This document shows positions 39,206 through 53,862 of a stretch of 64,000 nt of DNA, piece after piece. How positions within the stretch are numbered: position 1 is the first letter of the stretch; each line of letters starts with the position of its first letter. Source of the DNA: Eledone cirrhosa. Lineage: Eukaryota. Made by a program: the position numbers and the translations under genes. Location of the stretch: the NCBI GenBank assembly GCA_964016885.1, contig OZ024764.1, positions 7,626,001-7,690,000 on the forward strand. Reading direction: 5' to 3'. The notes under the pieces are model-generated. The model made no database searches, was not told where the DNA came from, and worked only from the letters and a program-made list of their open reading frames with translations.

Positions 39206-39900
39206 GTTCACTGTACATGTGTATATAGAAGTGGACATTATACACCCTCGTTGTGTATATACATACATATATAGCCTGTGGCACCACCAGCATCATCACC
39301 GCAATTCACTGTACATGTGTATATAGAAGTGGACAGTATACACCCTCGTTGTGTATATATATATATATATATATATATGTAGCCTGTGGCACCACCAGCA
39401 TCATCACCGCAATTCACTGTACATGTGTATATAGAAGTGGACAGTATACACCCTCGTTGTGTATATACATACATATATAGCCTGTGGCACCACCAGCATC
39501 ATCACCGCAATTCACTGTACATGTGTATATAGAAGTGGACAGTATACACCCTCGCTGTGTATATATATATATATACATATATAGCCTGTGGCACCACCAG
39601 CATCATCACCGCAATTCACTGTACATGTGTATATAGAAGTGGACAGTATACACCCTCGCTGTGTATATATATAGATATATAGCCTGTGACACCACCAGCA
39701 TCATCACCGCAATTCACTGTACATGTGTATATAGAAGACGAAATTATACACCCTCGCTGTGTGTATATATATATTATGGAATACTGTTAGCTTCTCGCTA
39801 CAACAATTTCTATACTTTTCATTTATATATATATATATATATATAGTCCGTGGCACCACCACCATCGCTGCAGTTCACTGTATACTGTGTATATAGAAGA
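39206..39900. repeat. ~100-110-bp tandem repeat (about 6 units)
   Basis: GCCTGTGGCACCACCAGCATCATCACCGCAATTCACTGTACATGTG... with variable (TA)n. Confidence 0.9.
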
Positions 39901-40547
39901 GATATACACCCTCGTTGTATATATAGTCCGTGGACATACCATCACCATCATCATCACAACAACACCAACAAAGGACATTTTACTTCGTGTGGGAAGGAGA
40001 AGAAGAGGAAGGCGGCGGGCCAGAGGTAACCTCCAACACCATCGTTGTCACCCGACACCACCACCACTCACATAGGACCACACCATCCGAACGTCACCAC
40101 AATAATACACCACGCATCACATATAAATATATGTACGTGTGCGTGTAGAAACGGTAAGAGCTGAGCCGTCGGGCAGTAACTCATTACTCTCTATATATAT
40201 ATATTATATATATATTATATATATATTATATATATTATATATATATTATATATATTATATATATATTATATATATTATATATATTATATATATATTATAT
40301 ATATATTATATATATATTATATATATATTATATATATTATATATATATTATATATATTATATATATTATATATATTATATATATATTATATATATTACCC
40401 CCTGACCTCCCCCTCTCCGCACCTGAGCGCTCACTCCTTAAAAGTCCCCCACCTACTCCCCACTCTCCTGAGCGTGAATTTAATAAACATTTATTGTACT
40501 GCCTCTCTGTTCTGTCCCTGTTCAAATTTTTCATTATATATATATAG

Positions 40548-41100
40548 TAATTGTTTCTACTTTTGGCACAAGGCCAGCAATTACACAGTACATTACTGGT
40601 ACTTTATTTTATCGACCCCCGTAAGGATGAAAGGCAAAGTCAACCTCGGCGGGATTTGAATTCAGAACGTAAAGGGACGTAACTCTATGCTGGAAAGCAT
40701 GGCGTCCAACCCTCTACCGATACTGCCAATAATTGTTTCTACTTTTGGCACCAAGCCAGTAATTATCTCAGTACATTACTGGTACTTTATTTTATCGACC
40801 CAGTAAGGATGAAAGGCAAAGTTAACCTCGGCGGGATTTGAACTCAGAACGTAAAGGGACGTAACTCTATGCTTCAAAGCATGGCGTCCGACCCTCTACC
40901 GATACTGCCAATAATTGTTTCTACTTTTGGCACCAAGCCAGTAATTATCCCAGTACATTACTGGTACTTTATTTTATCGACCCAGTAAGGATGAAAGGCA
41001 AAGTTAACCTCGGCGGGATTTGAACTCAGGTCATAAAGGGAGGTAACTCTATGCTTCAAAGCATGGCGTCCGACCCTCTACCCATACTGCCAATCCACCA
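40548..41100 (-). mobile_element. Head-to-tail triple of SINE family C, further partial copies to ~41780
   Basis: ~181-bp unit repeated three times without spacer. Confidence 0.85.
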
Positions 41101-41802
41101 ATAATGATTTCTTATAATAATATTTATGGTAATAATTGTTTCTACTTTTGGCACAAGGCCAGCAATTACACAGTGAATTACTGGTACTTTATATTATCGA
41201 CCTTGTAAGAATGAAAGGTAAAGTTAACCTTTGAACTCAGATCTTAAAGGGATATAACTCTGTTTCGCTTTGCAAAGCATGGAGTCCGATGGTCTACCGA
41301 TTACTCCAACCCACCACTTTCATGTGATAATAACGGTTTCTTATTTAGGCACAAGGCCAGTAATTTGGGAGAGTGGAAAGGTGATTAAATCTACCCCAGT
41401 CCGTTACTGGTACTTTATTTTATCAACCCCGTAAGGATGAAAGGCAAAGTTAATAATAATTGTTTCTACTTTAGGCACAAGGCCAGCAATTACCCAGTGT
41501 ATTACTGGTATAATAATAATTGTTTCTACTTTAGGCACAAGGCCAGCAATTACCCAGTGCATTACTGGTACTTTATTTTATCGACCCCGTAAGGATGAAA
41601 GGCAAAGTTAACCTCGGCGGGATTTGAACTCAGATCGTAAAGGGACGTAACTATACTGGAAAGCATGGCGTCCGACTGGTATAATAATAATTGTTTCTAC
41701 TTTTAGGCACAAGGCCAGCTATTACCAGTGCATTACTGGTACTTGCTGGCCTTGTGCCTAAAAGTAGAAACTGGTATAATAATAATGGTTTCTGATTTAA
41801 AT

Positions 41803-43560
41803 ACATAAAATTATGATGGAAGGTTTTTAGATAAATATAAACACTTTAACCCTTTCATTACCATATTTCTAATGAAAGACACTGTTGGTGTTTGGAACAT
41901 AACTTAACAAAGGTTCTTACATAAAATTATGATGGAAGGTTTTTAGATAAATATAAACACTTTAACCCTTTCATTACCATATTTCTAATGAAAGACACTG
42001 TTGGTGTTTGGAACATAACTTAACAAAGGTTCTTACATAAAATTATGATGGAAGGTTTTTAGATAAATATAAACACTTTAACCCTTTCATTACCATATTT
42101 CTAATGAAAGACACTGTTGGTGTTTGGAACATAACTTAACAAAGGTTCTTACATAAAATTATGGTGAAAGGTTTTTAGATAAATATAAACACTTTAACCC
42201 TTTCATTAACATATTTCTAATGAAAGACACTGTTGGTGTTTGGAACATAACTTAAAGGTTCTTACATAAAATTATGATGGAAGGTTTTTAGATAAATATA
42301 AACACTTTAACCCTTTCATTAACATATTTCTAATGAAAGACACTGTTGGTGTTTGGAACATAACTTAAAGGTTCTTACATAAAATTATGATGGAAGGTTT
42401 TTAGATAAATATAAACACTTTAACCCTTTCATTAACATATTTCTAATGAAAGACACTGTTGGTGTTTGGAACATAACTTAACAAAGGTTCTTACATAAAA
42501 TTATGATGGAAGGTTTTTAGATAAATATAAACACTTTAACCCTTTCATTACCATATTTCTAATGAAAGACACTGTTGGTGTTTGGAACATAACTTAACCA
42601 AGGTTCTTACATAAAATTATGGTGAAAGGTTTTTAGATAAATATAAACACTTTAACCCTTTCATTACCATATTTCTAATGAAAGACACTGTTGGTGTTTG
42701 GAACATAACTTAACAAAGGTTCTTACATAAAATTATGGTGAAAGGTTTTTAGATAAATATAAACACTTTAACCCTTTCATTAACATATTTCTAATGAAAG
42801 ACACTGTTGGTGTTTGGAACATAACTTAACAAAGGTTCTTACATAAAATTATGGTGAAAGGTTTTTAGATAAATATAAACACTTTAACCTTTCATTAACA
42901 TATTTCTAATGAAACACACTGTTGGTGTTTGGAACATAACTTAACAAAGGTTCTTACATAAAATTATGATGGAAGGTTTTTAGATAAATATAAACACTTT
43001 AACCCTTTCATTACCATATTTCTAATGAAAGACACTGTTGGTGTTTGGAACATAACTTAACCAAGGTTCTTACATAAAATTATGGTGAAAGGTTTTTAGA
43101 TAAATATAAACACTTTAACCCTTTCATTACCATATTTCTAATGAAAGACACTGTTGGTGTTTGGAACATAACTTAACAAAGGTTCTTACATAAAATTATG
43201 GTGAAAGGTTTTTAGATAAATATAAACACTTTAACCCTTTCATTACCATATTTCTAATGAAAGACACTGTTGGTGTTTGGAACATAACTTAACAAAGGTT
43301 CTTACATAAAATTATGGTGAAAGGTTTTTAGATAAATATAAACACTTTAACCCTTTCATTAACATATTTCTAATGAAAGACACTGTTGGTGTTTGGAACA
43401 TAACTTAAAGGTTCTTACATAAAATTATGATGGAAGGTTTTTAGATAAATATAAACACTTTAACCCTTTCATTAACATGAAAGACACTGTTGGTGTTTGG
43501 AACATAACTTAACCAAGGTTCTTACATAAAATTATGGTGAAAGGTTTTTAGATAAATATA
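41803..43560. repeat. 116-bp satellite (~15 units)
   Basis: Unit ACATAAAATTATG..GAAGGTTTTTAGATAAATATAAACACTTTAACCCTTTCATT...GGTTCTT at 41803, 41919, 42035... Confidence 0.95.
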
Positions 43561-44303
43561 AGAGATAGAGAGAATAATAAGTGTTGACTCTTTGATGCAT
43601 CTTACGAAGATGTTGTATAGTAAATATATTATATTTACTCTGGGAAGGTACATAAACAGACTCATTGTCTGCTTAATGAAGACAACTACAAGGATATAGC
43701 CCGAATGAAGGATATGGTCCGAATGTGAAAGAACCGAACTCCCATTGCCACCGCTCCTATCTCTCTCACCCTCCCCATCTCTCTGTATTGTGAGCAAATG
43801 GGGTCCCCACATGCTGGTCTCCCCCACAGCCCCGGCGGACAGAATGACAGAATGGAGAAGGCGTTTCCCTAGGCTCGAGGGAAACCCACTTTGGGAGCCA
43901 CTGCCATAGAGGATGTTAAGGGAGATGCGCTGGAAGGGCCGTTCCAACTTGCGACGCTAACACCTGCGGCTGACCAGCTCAGCGCCTATGGTGGTGAGTA
44001 GGGAAGAGTGTGGGTTAGCTACATGCACAAAATGATGGCTTCCAGTTCCTGTTTCGTGACTGGGTGAAAATGATCAAAATTTAAACCTCTATAACTTTTT
44101 TAAAACATTTTTCTGGAAAAAATAAAACAACTCCATCAATTCAGTTTGGAAAACTACATTAATATGTGACAAATTTTTTAATTTTCGATAAACTTTAATT
44201 CTGGCAACCAAACAGAAAAGATGCTTTTGTTTTTCTCCTTTTGCTATATATTTTCCATTCCATTCTTTTCAATCTAAATTTTCTCTTTTTCTTTCTCTAT
44301 TAA

Positions 44304-46000
44304 CCCTTTAACATTTACATTACTCTATATATACTATTGTATTGTCACAGTAAAGGCTTTACCTCACATAATACCTCACATAACATTTACATTACTCTAT
44401 ATATACTATTGTATTGTCACAGTAAAGGCTTTACCTCACATAATATCTCACATAACATTTACATTACTCTATATATACTATTGTATTTTCACAGTAAAGG
44501 CTTTACCTCACATAATATCTCACATAACATTTACATTACTCTATATATACTATTGTATTGTCACAGTAAAGGCTTTACCTCACATAATATCTCACATAAC
44601 ATTTACATTACTCTATATATACTATTGTATTGTCACAGTAAAGGCTTTACCTCACATAATACCTCACATAACATTTACATTACTCTATATATACTATTGT
44701 ATTGTCACAGTAAAGGCTTTACCTCACATAATATCTCACATAACATTTACATTACTCTATGTCTACTATTGTATTGTCACAGTAAAGGCTTTACCTCACA
44801 TAATACCTCACATAACATTTACATTACTCTATATATACTATTGTATTGTCACAGTAAAGGCTTTACCTCACATAATATCTCCCATAACATTTACATTACT
44901 CTATATATACTATTGTATTGTCACAGTAAAGGCTTTACCTCACATAATATCTCACATAACATTTACATTACTCTATATATACTATTGTATTCTCACAGTA
45001 AAGGCTTTACCTCACATAATATCTCACATAACATTTACATTACTCTATATATACTATTGTATTGTCACAGTAAAGGCTTTACCTCACATAATATCTCACA
45101 TAACATTTACATTACTCTATATATACTATTGTATTGTCACAGTAAAGGCTTTACCGCACATAATATCTCACATAACATTTACATTACTCTATATATACTA
45201 TTGTATTGTCACAGTAAAGGCTTTACCTTACATAATATCTCACATAACATTTACATTACTCTATATATACTATTGTATTTTCACAGTAAAGGCTTTACCT
45301 CACATAATATCTCACATAACATTTACATTACTCTATATATACTATTGTATTTTCACAGTAAAGGCTTTACCTCACATAATATCTCACATAACATTTACAT
45401 TACTCTATATATACTATTGTATTTTCACAGTAAAGGCTTTACCTCACATAATATCTCACATAACATTTACATTACTCTATATATACTATTGTATTTTCAC
45501 AGTAAAGGCTTTACCTCACATAATATCTCACATAACATTTACATTACTCTATATATACTATTGTATTGTCACAGTAAAAGCTTTACCTCACATAATATCT
45601 CACATAACATTTACATTACTCTATATATACTATTGTATTTTCACAGTAAAGGCTTTACCTCACATAACATTTACATTACTCTATATATACTATTGTATTT
45701 TCACAGTAAAGGCTTTACCTCATAATATCTCACATAACATTTACATTACTCTATACATACTATTGTATTTTCACAATAAAGACTTTACCTCACATAACAT
45801 TTACATTACTCTATATATACTATTGTATTTTCACAGTAAAGGCTTTACCTCACATAACATTTACATTACTCTATATATACTATTGTATTTTCACAGTAAA
45901 GGCTTTACCTCACATAATATCTCACATAACATTTACATTACTCTATATATACTATTGTATTTTCACAGTAAAGGCTTTACCTCACCTAATATCTCACATA
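44304..46000 (+). repeat. 72-bp array from the same piggyBac-type MITE (inverted short array 46240-46455; another 58789-59105)
   Basis: Begins TTAA|CCCTTTAACATTTAC; same unit as the 33144 array. Confidence 0.92.
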
Positions 46001-47445
46001 AAGACTTATGACCTGCATTTATGTTATTATGTAATATACTCTTGGATCACCAGAAATGAACTTTCCCGACATAAGGTATGACTCTCTTTGTTTATATTTT
46101 TATATGAATATTGATTGTTTGTTCCTGTATCTCATATCTGTTATTTTGCCTGAGAAAATATCTCTGTGTTCTTAAACAGTACACACATATATTTATTTTT
46201 TCATATCCAATTGAGTTCTTCGCACGAGGCTTGAATTCTTGTGAGATATTATGTGAGGTAAAGCCTTTACTGTGATAATACAATAGTATATATAGAGTAA
46301 TGTAAATGTTATGTGAGATATTATGTGCGGTAAAGCCTTTACTGTGAAAATACAATAGTATATATAGAGTAATGTAAATGTTATGTGAGATATTATGTGA
46401 GGTAAAGCCTTTACTGTGAAAATACAATAGTATATATAGAGTAATTTAAATGCTACAGTTGTAGCTGATGTTTGTGTTGCTAAGTCCACCTTGGGTATTT
46501 AATTATTTGGCAGTTGTTAAGGATTTTTTTATCTGGGTTTTTTTTTTTTTTTTTTTTTTTTTTTAGTCTTTGGCTGACAGAAATATATTTGAACAACAAC
46601 AACAACAACAACTACTAGGAGTACAACAATAACAATAACAGTAACTACTACTACTACTACTTCAACTGCACCAACAGGAATAACAACTACTACTACTACT
46701 ACTATTACAGCAACTGTACCAACGAGAATAACTACAACAGCAACTACTACCACTACCACTACTACAACAACAACAGCAACAACACCATCAAGATTGCCAC
46801 CAACTCTGTTACCACTACCACCACCACTGTCATCATCATCACAACCAACAGCACCCACCACCACCACCATTGTAGCAAACCACTAACCACTGCCACCACC
46901 ACCACCACCACCAAACCACTAACCACTACAACCAGCTACACCCTCACTACACCACCACCACCATACCACTACCACCACTACTACCACTAACTACTTCCAC
47001 CACCACCACACTACCACCACCATACCACCACCACCACACCACTAACACCACCATACCACTAACTACTTCCACCACTACCATACCACTACCACCACCACCA
47101 CACCACTACCACCACCACCACCACCACCATACCACTGCCACCACTACCATACCACCACTACTACCACCATACCACCACCACCACCATACCACTAACTACT
47201 GCCACCACTACCATACCACCACCACCATACCACCACTACTACCACCATACCACCACCACCACCACCACCATACCACTAACTACTGCCACCACTACCATAC
47301 CACCACCATACCACTAACTACTGCCACCACTACCATACCACTACCACCACCACCACCTACTGCCACCACTACCATACCACCACCACCTACTGCCACCACT
47401 ACCATACCACTACCACCACCACCACCACACCACCACCAACACAAC

Positions 47446-49302
47446 ATGTCAGTCAGACTTGAGTGCAGCCCCATGAAGGCCCTAATTGATGAAGAAATCT
47501 CCATTTGTGTTATGAACCTGGCACCCCGGGCCCTCGTCACGATGTGTGGGAGGGTAGAGGAGCCAGAGACACACAAAAGGTTTGGTTCCTTTGCACACTA
47601 CATAGCCTCGGAGAAGGGCAAGGTGGACTTATCCAAGGATCGGGCAGAGCCTAACAGAATGTATAAAGAGGCGGAGCCTAGCGGAACGTATAAAGAGGCG
47701 GAGCCTAGCAGAATGTATAAAGAGGCGGAGCCTAGCGGAACGTATAAAGAGGCGGAGCCTAGCGGAATGTATAAAGAGGCGGAGCATAGTGGGACGTTTA
47801 ATGGGGCGGGGCTTAGCGAAGAATACAGGGGGGAGGAGCCTAGCGGAATGTATAAAGAGGCGGAGCATAGTGGGACGTTTAATGGGGCGGGGCTTAGCGA
47901 AGACTACAGGGGGGAGGAGCCTAGCGGAATGTATGAAGAGGTGTATTCTAGCAGAACTTTGAAGTGCACGGAACCTAGCGGAACATACGAAGGGGTGGAG
48001 CCTATGGGACTCTTCTGGAGCATGGCTCCTGCCCCTGGGCAGAGGAGTGGTGCCAGGCTATTCCAGAGCGACTCCAGCGTGCCTCTTGCCTTTGATGTGC
48101 GGGTGTATGAGGGACACCTCTCCTGGGAGGATGTGTGGGCTGACAGGGGTGTAAGTAATGGTGGTGGGAGTGGTGAGTTTAAACTCCTGGCCAGGAAGAC
48201 AGTCCTCAGGTCATACAGGGCAGCTGACGTGAGTCGTGTTGTGGTCAATGTGGGTCGCATCCGTGGCACACTGTTTCTCCCTGGCGGGCTGAGGCACAGA
48301 GAGACACGGCCCGGTGTGATCGACATGTTCGGGTCACGAGGAGGACTGCTGGAGATGAGGGCAGCGCTGCTGGCGTCACACGGGTTCGTTACCATGGCGC
48401 TGGCCTACATGCGCTACAAGGACCTTCTCCAAAATAACGATTACTTCGATTACGAATATTTTGAGGAGGCGGCCCGCTGGCTCCAAGCCCGGCCTGAAGT
48501 TTCGCCTGGTGGGATCGGCATGATAGGGGTGTCACTCGGGGCACAGATTGCCCTCTACATGGGCTTTAACTGCCCCCTTGTGAAGGCTGTTGTAGCTATA
48601 TGTCACCCACCCTCATTTGGGGCAGGAGTTAAATTCAAAAAGGCTGGAGAATTAATCCCCACTCAGAGTTTTTATAACTTTTTGCCCCAGAAACACAGTT
48701 CTAACCTGATGACATTGTCTGGGGTATTTGAAACTGATAAGTATTTCTCCTTTCAAAACAGTCAGAGCCACACCCTCGAAGACAGTGGTCACACCCACAA
48801 CACAAGTGGCCATACCCACAACACAAGTGGCCATACCCACAACAATACTAGCCATACCCACATAAATATTAGCCACACCCACACAAACACAGGTCATGTC
48901 CACACCAATAACTGCCATGCCCACAATAACAACAACGACAACAATAAAACCAGTTCCTACAACAACAACAACAACAACCAGATCCATGCGCCACGGATCC
49001 TCTTCATCGTCGGCTCAGAAGACACAATGGCAAAGGTGTCGGACTATACGAAGTGGGTGGAAAGCCTGAGCAAGTGGGAGAAGTCAAGGGTAGAACTGGC
49101 TGTCTATAAGGGTGCAGGCCACCTCATAGAACCACCCTATGCACCACTCTGCAATGTAACCTTCCACAAGATGCTAGGAGGGCTCCTGTACTATGGTGGC
49201 ACAGCGAAGCCACATGCCATGGCACAGGAGCACTCGTGGCACAAAATGAGGGAGTTTCTGTGGAGCACGCTGGACAACAACTACGTAAGGTCTCAACTGT
49301 AA
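47446..49302 (+). CDS. Type I acyl-CoA thioesterase / BAAT-ACNAT family alpha/beta hydrolase, intronless CDS, predicted peroxisomal
   Basis: GRIRGTLFLP, PGVIDMFGSRGGLLEMRAALLASHGF, nucleophile GVSLG, GSED, GAGHLIEPPYAP; C-terminal SQL. Confidence 0.93.
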   Translation: MSVRLECSPMKALIDEEISICVMNLAPRALVTMCGRVEEPETHKRFGSFAHYIASEKGKVDLSKDRAEPNRMYKEAEPSGTYKEAEPSRMYKEAEPSGTYKEAEPSGMYKEAEHSGTFNGAGLSEEYRGEEPSGMYKEAEHSGTFNGAGLSEDYRGEEPSGMYEEVYSSRTLKCTEPSGTYEGVEPMGLFWSMAPAPGQRSGARLFQSDSSVPLAFDVRVYEGHLSWEDVWADRGVSNGGGSGEFKLLARKTVLRSYRAADVSRVVVNVGRIRGTLFLPGGLRHRETRPGVIDMFGSRGGLLEMRAALLASHGFVTMALAYMRYKDLLQNNDYFDYEYFEEAARWLQARPEVSPGGIGMIGVSLGAQIALYMGFNCPLVKAVVAICHPPSFGAGVKFKKAGELIPTQSFYNFLPQKHSSNLMTLSGVFETDKYFSFQNSQSHTLEDSGHTHNTSGHTHNTSGHTHNNTSHTHINISHTHTNTGHVHTNNCHAHNNNNDNNKTSSYNNNNNNQIHAPRILFIVGSEDTMAKVSDYTKWVESLSKWEKSRVELAVYKGAGHLIEPPYAPLCNVTFHKMLGGLLYYGGTAKPHAMAQEHSWHKMREFLWSTLDNNYVRSQL

Positions 49303-52300
49303 ACAGCTGCAATGACAGATATATAGTGGTTAGAGCATTGGCCTTGCAATCGAAAGGTTGTGAGTTCAATTCTCAGACCGGGTGATGTGTTGTTTCCTTG
49401 AGCAAGACACTTTATTTCACATTGCTCCAGTTTACTCAGCTGTAGAAATGAGATGATAGGGATTGGGGTCCCTATCATTCCACTGCAAAGTGGTCATGGA
49501 GGCGCCACGGCAAAAAAGTACCCAGCACTCACTGTAAATGAGGTTGGTGTTAGGAAGGGCATCCAGCTGTAGAAATCAAACCAGAATCAGTTCCCGTCCC
49601 ACCCTTGCAAGCAGGGAAAAGCAGACGTAAAATGATGATGATGATGATGATATATATATGAATGTATGTATAGTATATTTGGCAATATACTGTATGGTTA
49701 ATTAAAAACATCGCTCTGTTTAATCAGCTCCTAAATATTACTGGAATTCTGTAAGAAGCCAGCTTCTATAATTCTCTGCAGAAGCAAGGGAATCTGTGGT
49801 TTTGATAAACACCAACAAGTGAGAAACAGACTCCCGATCACTCTCCCCTTGTTTTTGCCGAAAATAAGTGACATAGTCACTACTTTAAAACTCATAGCGA
49901 ATAGTCTTCTAAATGTTTTTAATTAAACATACGGTATATTGCCAAATATACTATACATACATTCATATATATATATATATATATATATATTTATTATATA
50001 TATATATAATATAAACCCATAGAGCAAATATTCATTATATGTACAGATTTACCCAGGGGTCATCCTCCATGTGCATCACATGTCCATACCAATGCAGTCT
50101 TCTCTCCCACAGCTTATCCCTCTTATATACAGTTTCTCTCTCACCACCTCCACCCATGTTATTCGTGGTCTTCCACTACTATGTCTTCCTTCCACTGAGA
50201 TTTCTTGGCACTTCTTTACCCAGTGGTCATCCTCCGTGCACATCACATGTCCATACCATCTCAGTCTCCTCTCCTGCACACCACAGTGTGTGAAGGAGTG
50301 CAAGTCTCTAGCCGGCTTGAAAAGCCATATCCGAGTGTCACACATCTGAATCTGACAAGCGATTGCAATCCTCTTAGAGTTTGATACTCAAACATAGATG
50401 AGTTACCTCCCTTCGCATGACGGACAAAAACACAATTATATATCAGTAAATGCATAAAATTTGTTGTATGTGTTGAGTACGTTTTACCTGTCTTGTAATT
50501 TAAATTCATGGATGTCATTATACATACATATATATATAATAACTAGAAATTGATTAACATATAAATAAACATGAATAATCACAGGAGATAATTTTTACAA
50601 GTGTGTAACCACACATAGCTAGGTGGTAACTACATAAAGTTGACCAGAACTTAAAAAATGTAAAATGGTCATGTTGGTGACATGAAGTAAAGCGCTCAGG
50701 CAAGATATTTAGACAAACCAGACTCAAGGCCCTTATGAACACATTCTAACCTTATAATATGATTAATCCATAATTTTGATTTGGATTAAATTCATTTGAT
50801 TTATCTTAATTTTGGATATAGATATACATATATATATATATATATCGTTTAACATCCATTTTCCACGCTAGCATGGGTTAGACGAGTGGCCTGATTGAGG
50901 CAAGTTGGATCTGGTGACCATGTCTTGCTCACACAGAACCGCCCTTCCTAATGCCAACCACATTTACAGTGTGGACTGGGGACTTTGGAAGAAGAGGTGT
51001 GTAGTGGTTGGGGACAAGGGTGTATAGATGTGTGTTAGGAGCAGGGTGTTAGGATGGGAGAGGGGAATGGAAGTTGGGGTTGAGGTCAAAGCGGTGCACA
51101 GGTTAAATCACCCTGCGTGCCAAGATATTTAGACAAACCAGACTCAAAGCCCTGATGAACACATTCTAACATAGGTTAGACTAGTTGTCCCGTTGTGAGT
51201 CAAGTCAGATCAGATGAGTGTCCTGCTCATTCACAAGTTTCTGGCTTGGTTTCTATGGCTGGATGCCCTTCCTTATACCAACCACATTTACAGTGCGGGC
51301 CAGGTGCTTTTTATCATGTCACAAACACAACCACTTTAGTGTTGCCTAAGTGCTTTTCATTATGTCACCAACACAACCACTTTACAGTGCGGATTCTGTG
51401 CTTTTTATCATGTCACTAACATGACCACTTTACAGTGTTTCCTAAGTGCTTTTCATCATGTCACCAACACAACCACTTTAGTGTTGCCTAAGCGCTTTTC
51501 ATCATGTCACCAACACAACCACTTTAGTGTTGCCTAAGCGCTTTTCATCATGTCACCAACACAACCACTTTAGTGTTGCCTAAGCGCTTTTCATCATGTC
51601 ACCAACACAACCACTTTACAGTGTTGCCTAAGTGCTTTTTATCATGTCACAAACATGACCACTTTACAGTGCGGATTCTGTGCTTTTCATCATGTCACCA
51701 ACACAACCACTTTAGTGTTGCCTAAGTGCTTTTTATCATGTCACAAACATGACCACTTTACAGTGCGGATTCTGTGCTTTTCATCATGTCACCAACATGA
51801 CCACTTTACAGTGTTGCCTGAGCGCTTTTTATCGTGTCACCGAAACAACCACATTTTCAATATTGATTGGGTGTTTTTTATCATGTCACCAACACAACTA
51901 ATTTACAGTGTTGCCTGAGTGCTTTTTATCATTTCACCAACACAACTAATTTACAGTGTTGCCTAAGTGCTTTTTATCATGTCATCAGCACAACCACTTT
52001 ACAGTGCAGACTGGGTGTTTTTTGTCCTATCAGCAAACTGGCTACATTTTGTATTTTGTCCATCATGATCCTTTACAGGTTGGACAAGATGCTTTTGTTG
52101 TGTATCATCATCATTTCATTTTACGTCCGCTTTTTCCCTGCTTGCAAGGGTGGGACGGGAACTGATTTTGGCTTGATTTCTACAGCTGGATGCCCTTCCT
52201 AACACCAACCTCATTTACAGTGAGTGCTGGGTGCTTTTTTGTTGTGGCACCTCCACGACCACTTTGCAGTGGAATGATAGGGACCCCAGTCCCTATCATC

Positions 52301-53187
52301 TCATTTCTACAGCTGAGTAAACTGGAGTAATGTGAAATAAAGTGTCTTGCTCAAGGAAACAACACATCACCCGGTCTGAGAATTGAACTCACAACCCTTC
52401 GATTGCAAGCCCAATGCTCTAACCACTAAGCCATGTGCCTCCATGTATATATATATCGACAGTCGATGAACGTTTTTGTCAAATCGGACCGAGGAAACAA
52501 TGTTTCCGTTAGTCTTTCCAATTGCTAGTACTATCTATCAGTCGCAACTCCAGGTAGAAGGAGCAACATGAAATAAAGTGTCTTGCTCAAGGACATAACG
52601 CATCAGCCAGTGCAGGAATTGAAGTCACAATGTCAAGATTGCGAATCCAATTCTCTAACCACTCAACCATGTGCCTTTTAGTCTTCTTCTCAACAAGAAA
52701 GATGAACAGACCTTCTTCAATTCTTAATTTCAAATTTTTAATTCTTTTTAATTGTAATATTCAACATTTGATAAGATGGATTTCACCTATAAATCAAAAC
52801 CGGTAATACTTATGTATTTTATATACATTATAAAATTCCTTTTTTTTTTTTTAAATTGTTCCTCATTTTTTCAATAATTGTTTCTACTTTTGGCACAAGG
52901 CCAGCAATTACCCAGTACATTACTGGTACTTCATTTTATCGACCTCATGAGGATGAAAGGTAAAGTTAACCTTGGTGGGATTTGAACTCGACCGTAAAGG
53001 GCCGTAACTCTGTTGCAAAGCATGGCGTCCGACCCTCCACTGATACTGCCAAACCACTAATGTCCCTTTGACGGATCAAAGAAGAAAAAAAAAAAATGAA
53101 AAACAGACCCTTAAATATATTTTCCGTGCTATTTCCAACTTCACCTTTTCTCTATATCCACTGTTTTGTAGTGAACCTTACTTCCCT

Positions 53188-53234
<47 letters not shown>

Positions 53235-53830
53235 TATATAGATATATAGAAAAACCACAAACCCTCCATTTGAAAAGCACAAGAACTGCGAAACCGGTAA
53301 AGGAACCAAATAAATATATTTACCTAAAAGCATGGTCGCCATTTAATGACTGAAAACAGTAAAAATAAAATAAGAATATATATATAGTTTTATTAAATCA
53401 AACATTGAATATAATATATATACATATATATATATATATATCTTTAAAAGAAATTTCCATGGTAAGAAATTTGATGAAACTTATTTATATATATATATAT
53501 TTATCTATATATCTATGTGTATATATATATATATATATATTTATCTATATATCTATGCGTGTATATATATATATATATATATATTTATCTATATATCTAT
53601 CTATGCGTGTATATATATATATAGTTTTAATATAGATGAGATTCTACAGGACTAGAACTGTTTCATTCATTAGAAATCATCAGGAATCTCTGATGGGGAT
53701 TCCTGATGATTTCTAATGAATGAAACAGTTCTAGTCCTGTAGAATCTCATCTATATTAAAACTGTTATACTCTGCTATGTATTGAGTACCTTACTTACTG
53801 TGGTTACCTCTGATTCAACCCGGAATAACG

Positions 53831-53862
<32 letters not shown>

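Noticed and set aside
38108-39268. 386-aa poly-Val ORF
   Set aside because: (ACC)n-type microsatellite read antisense
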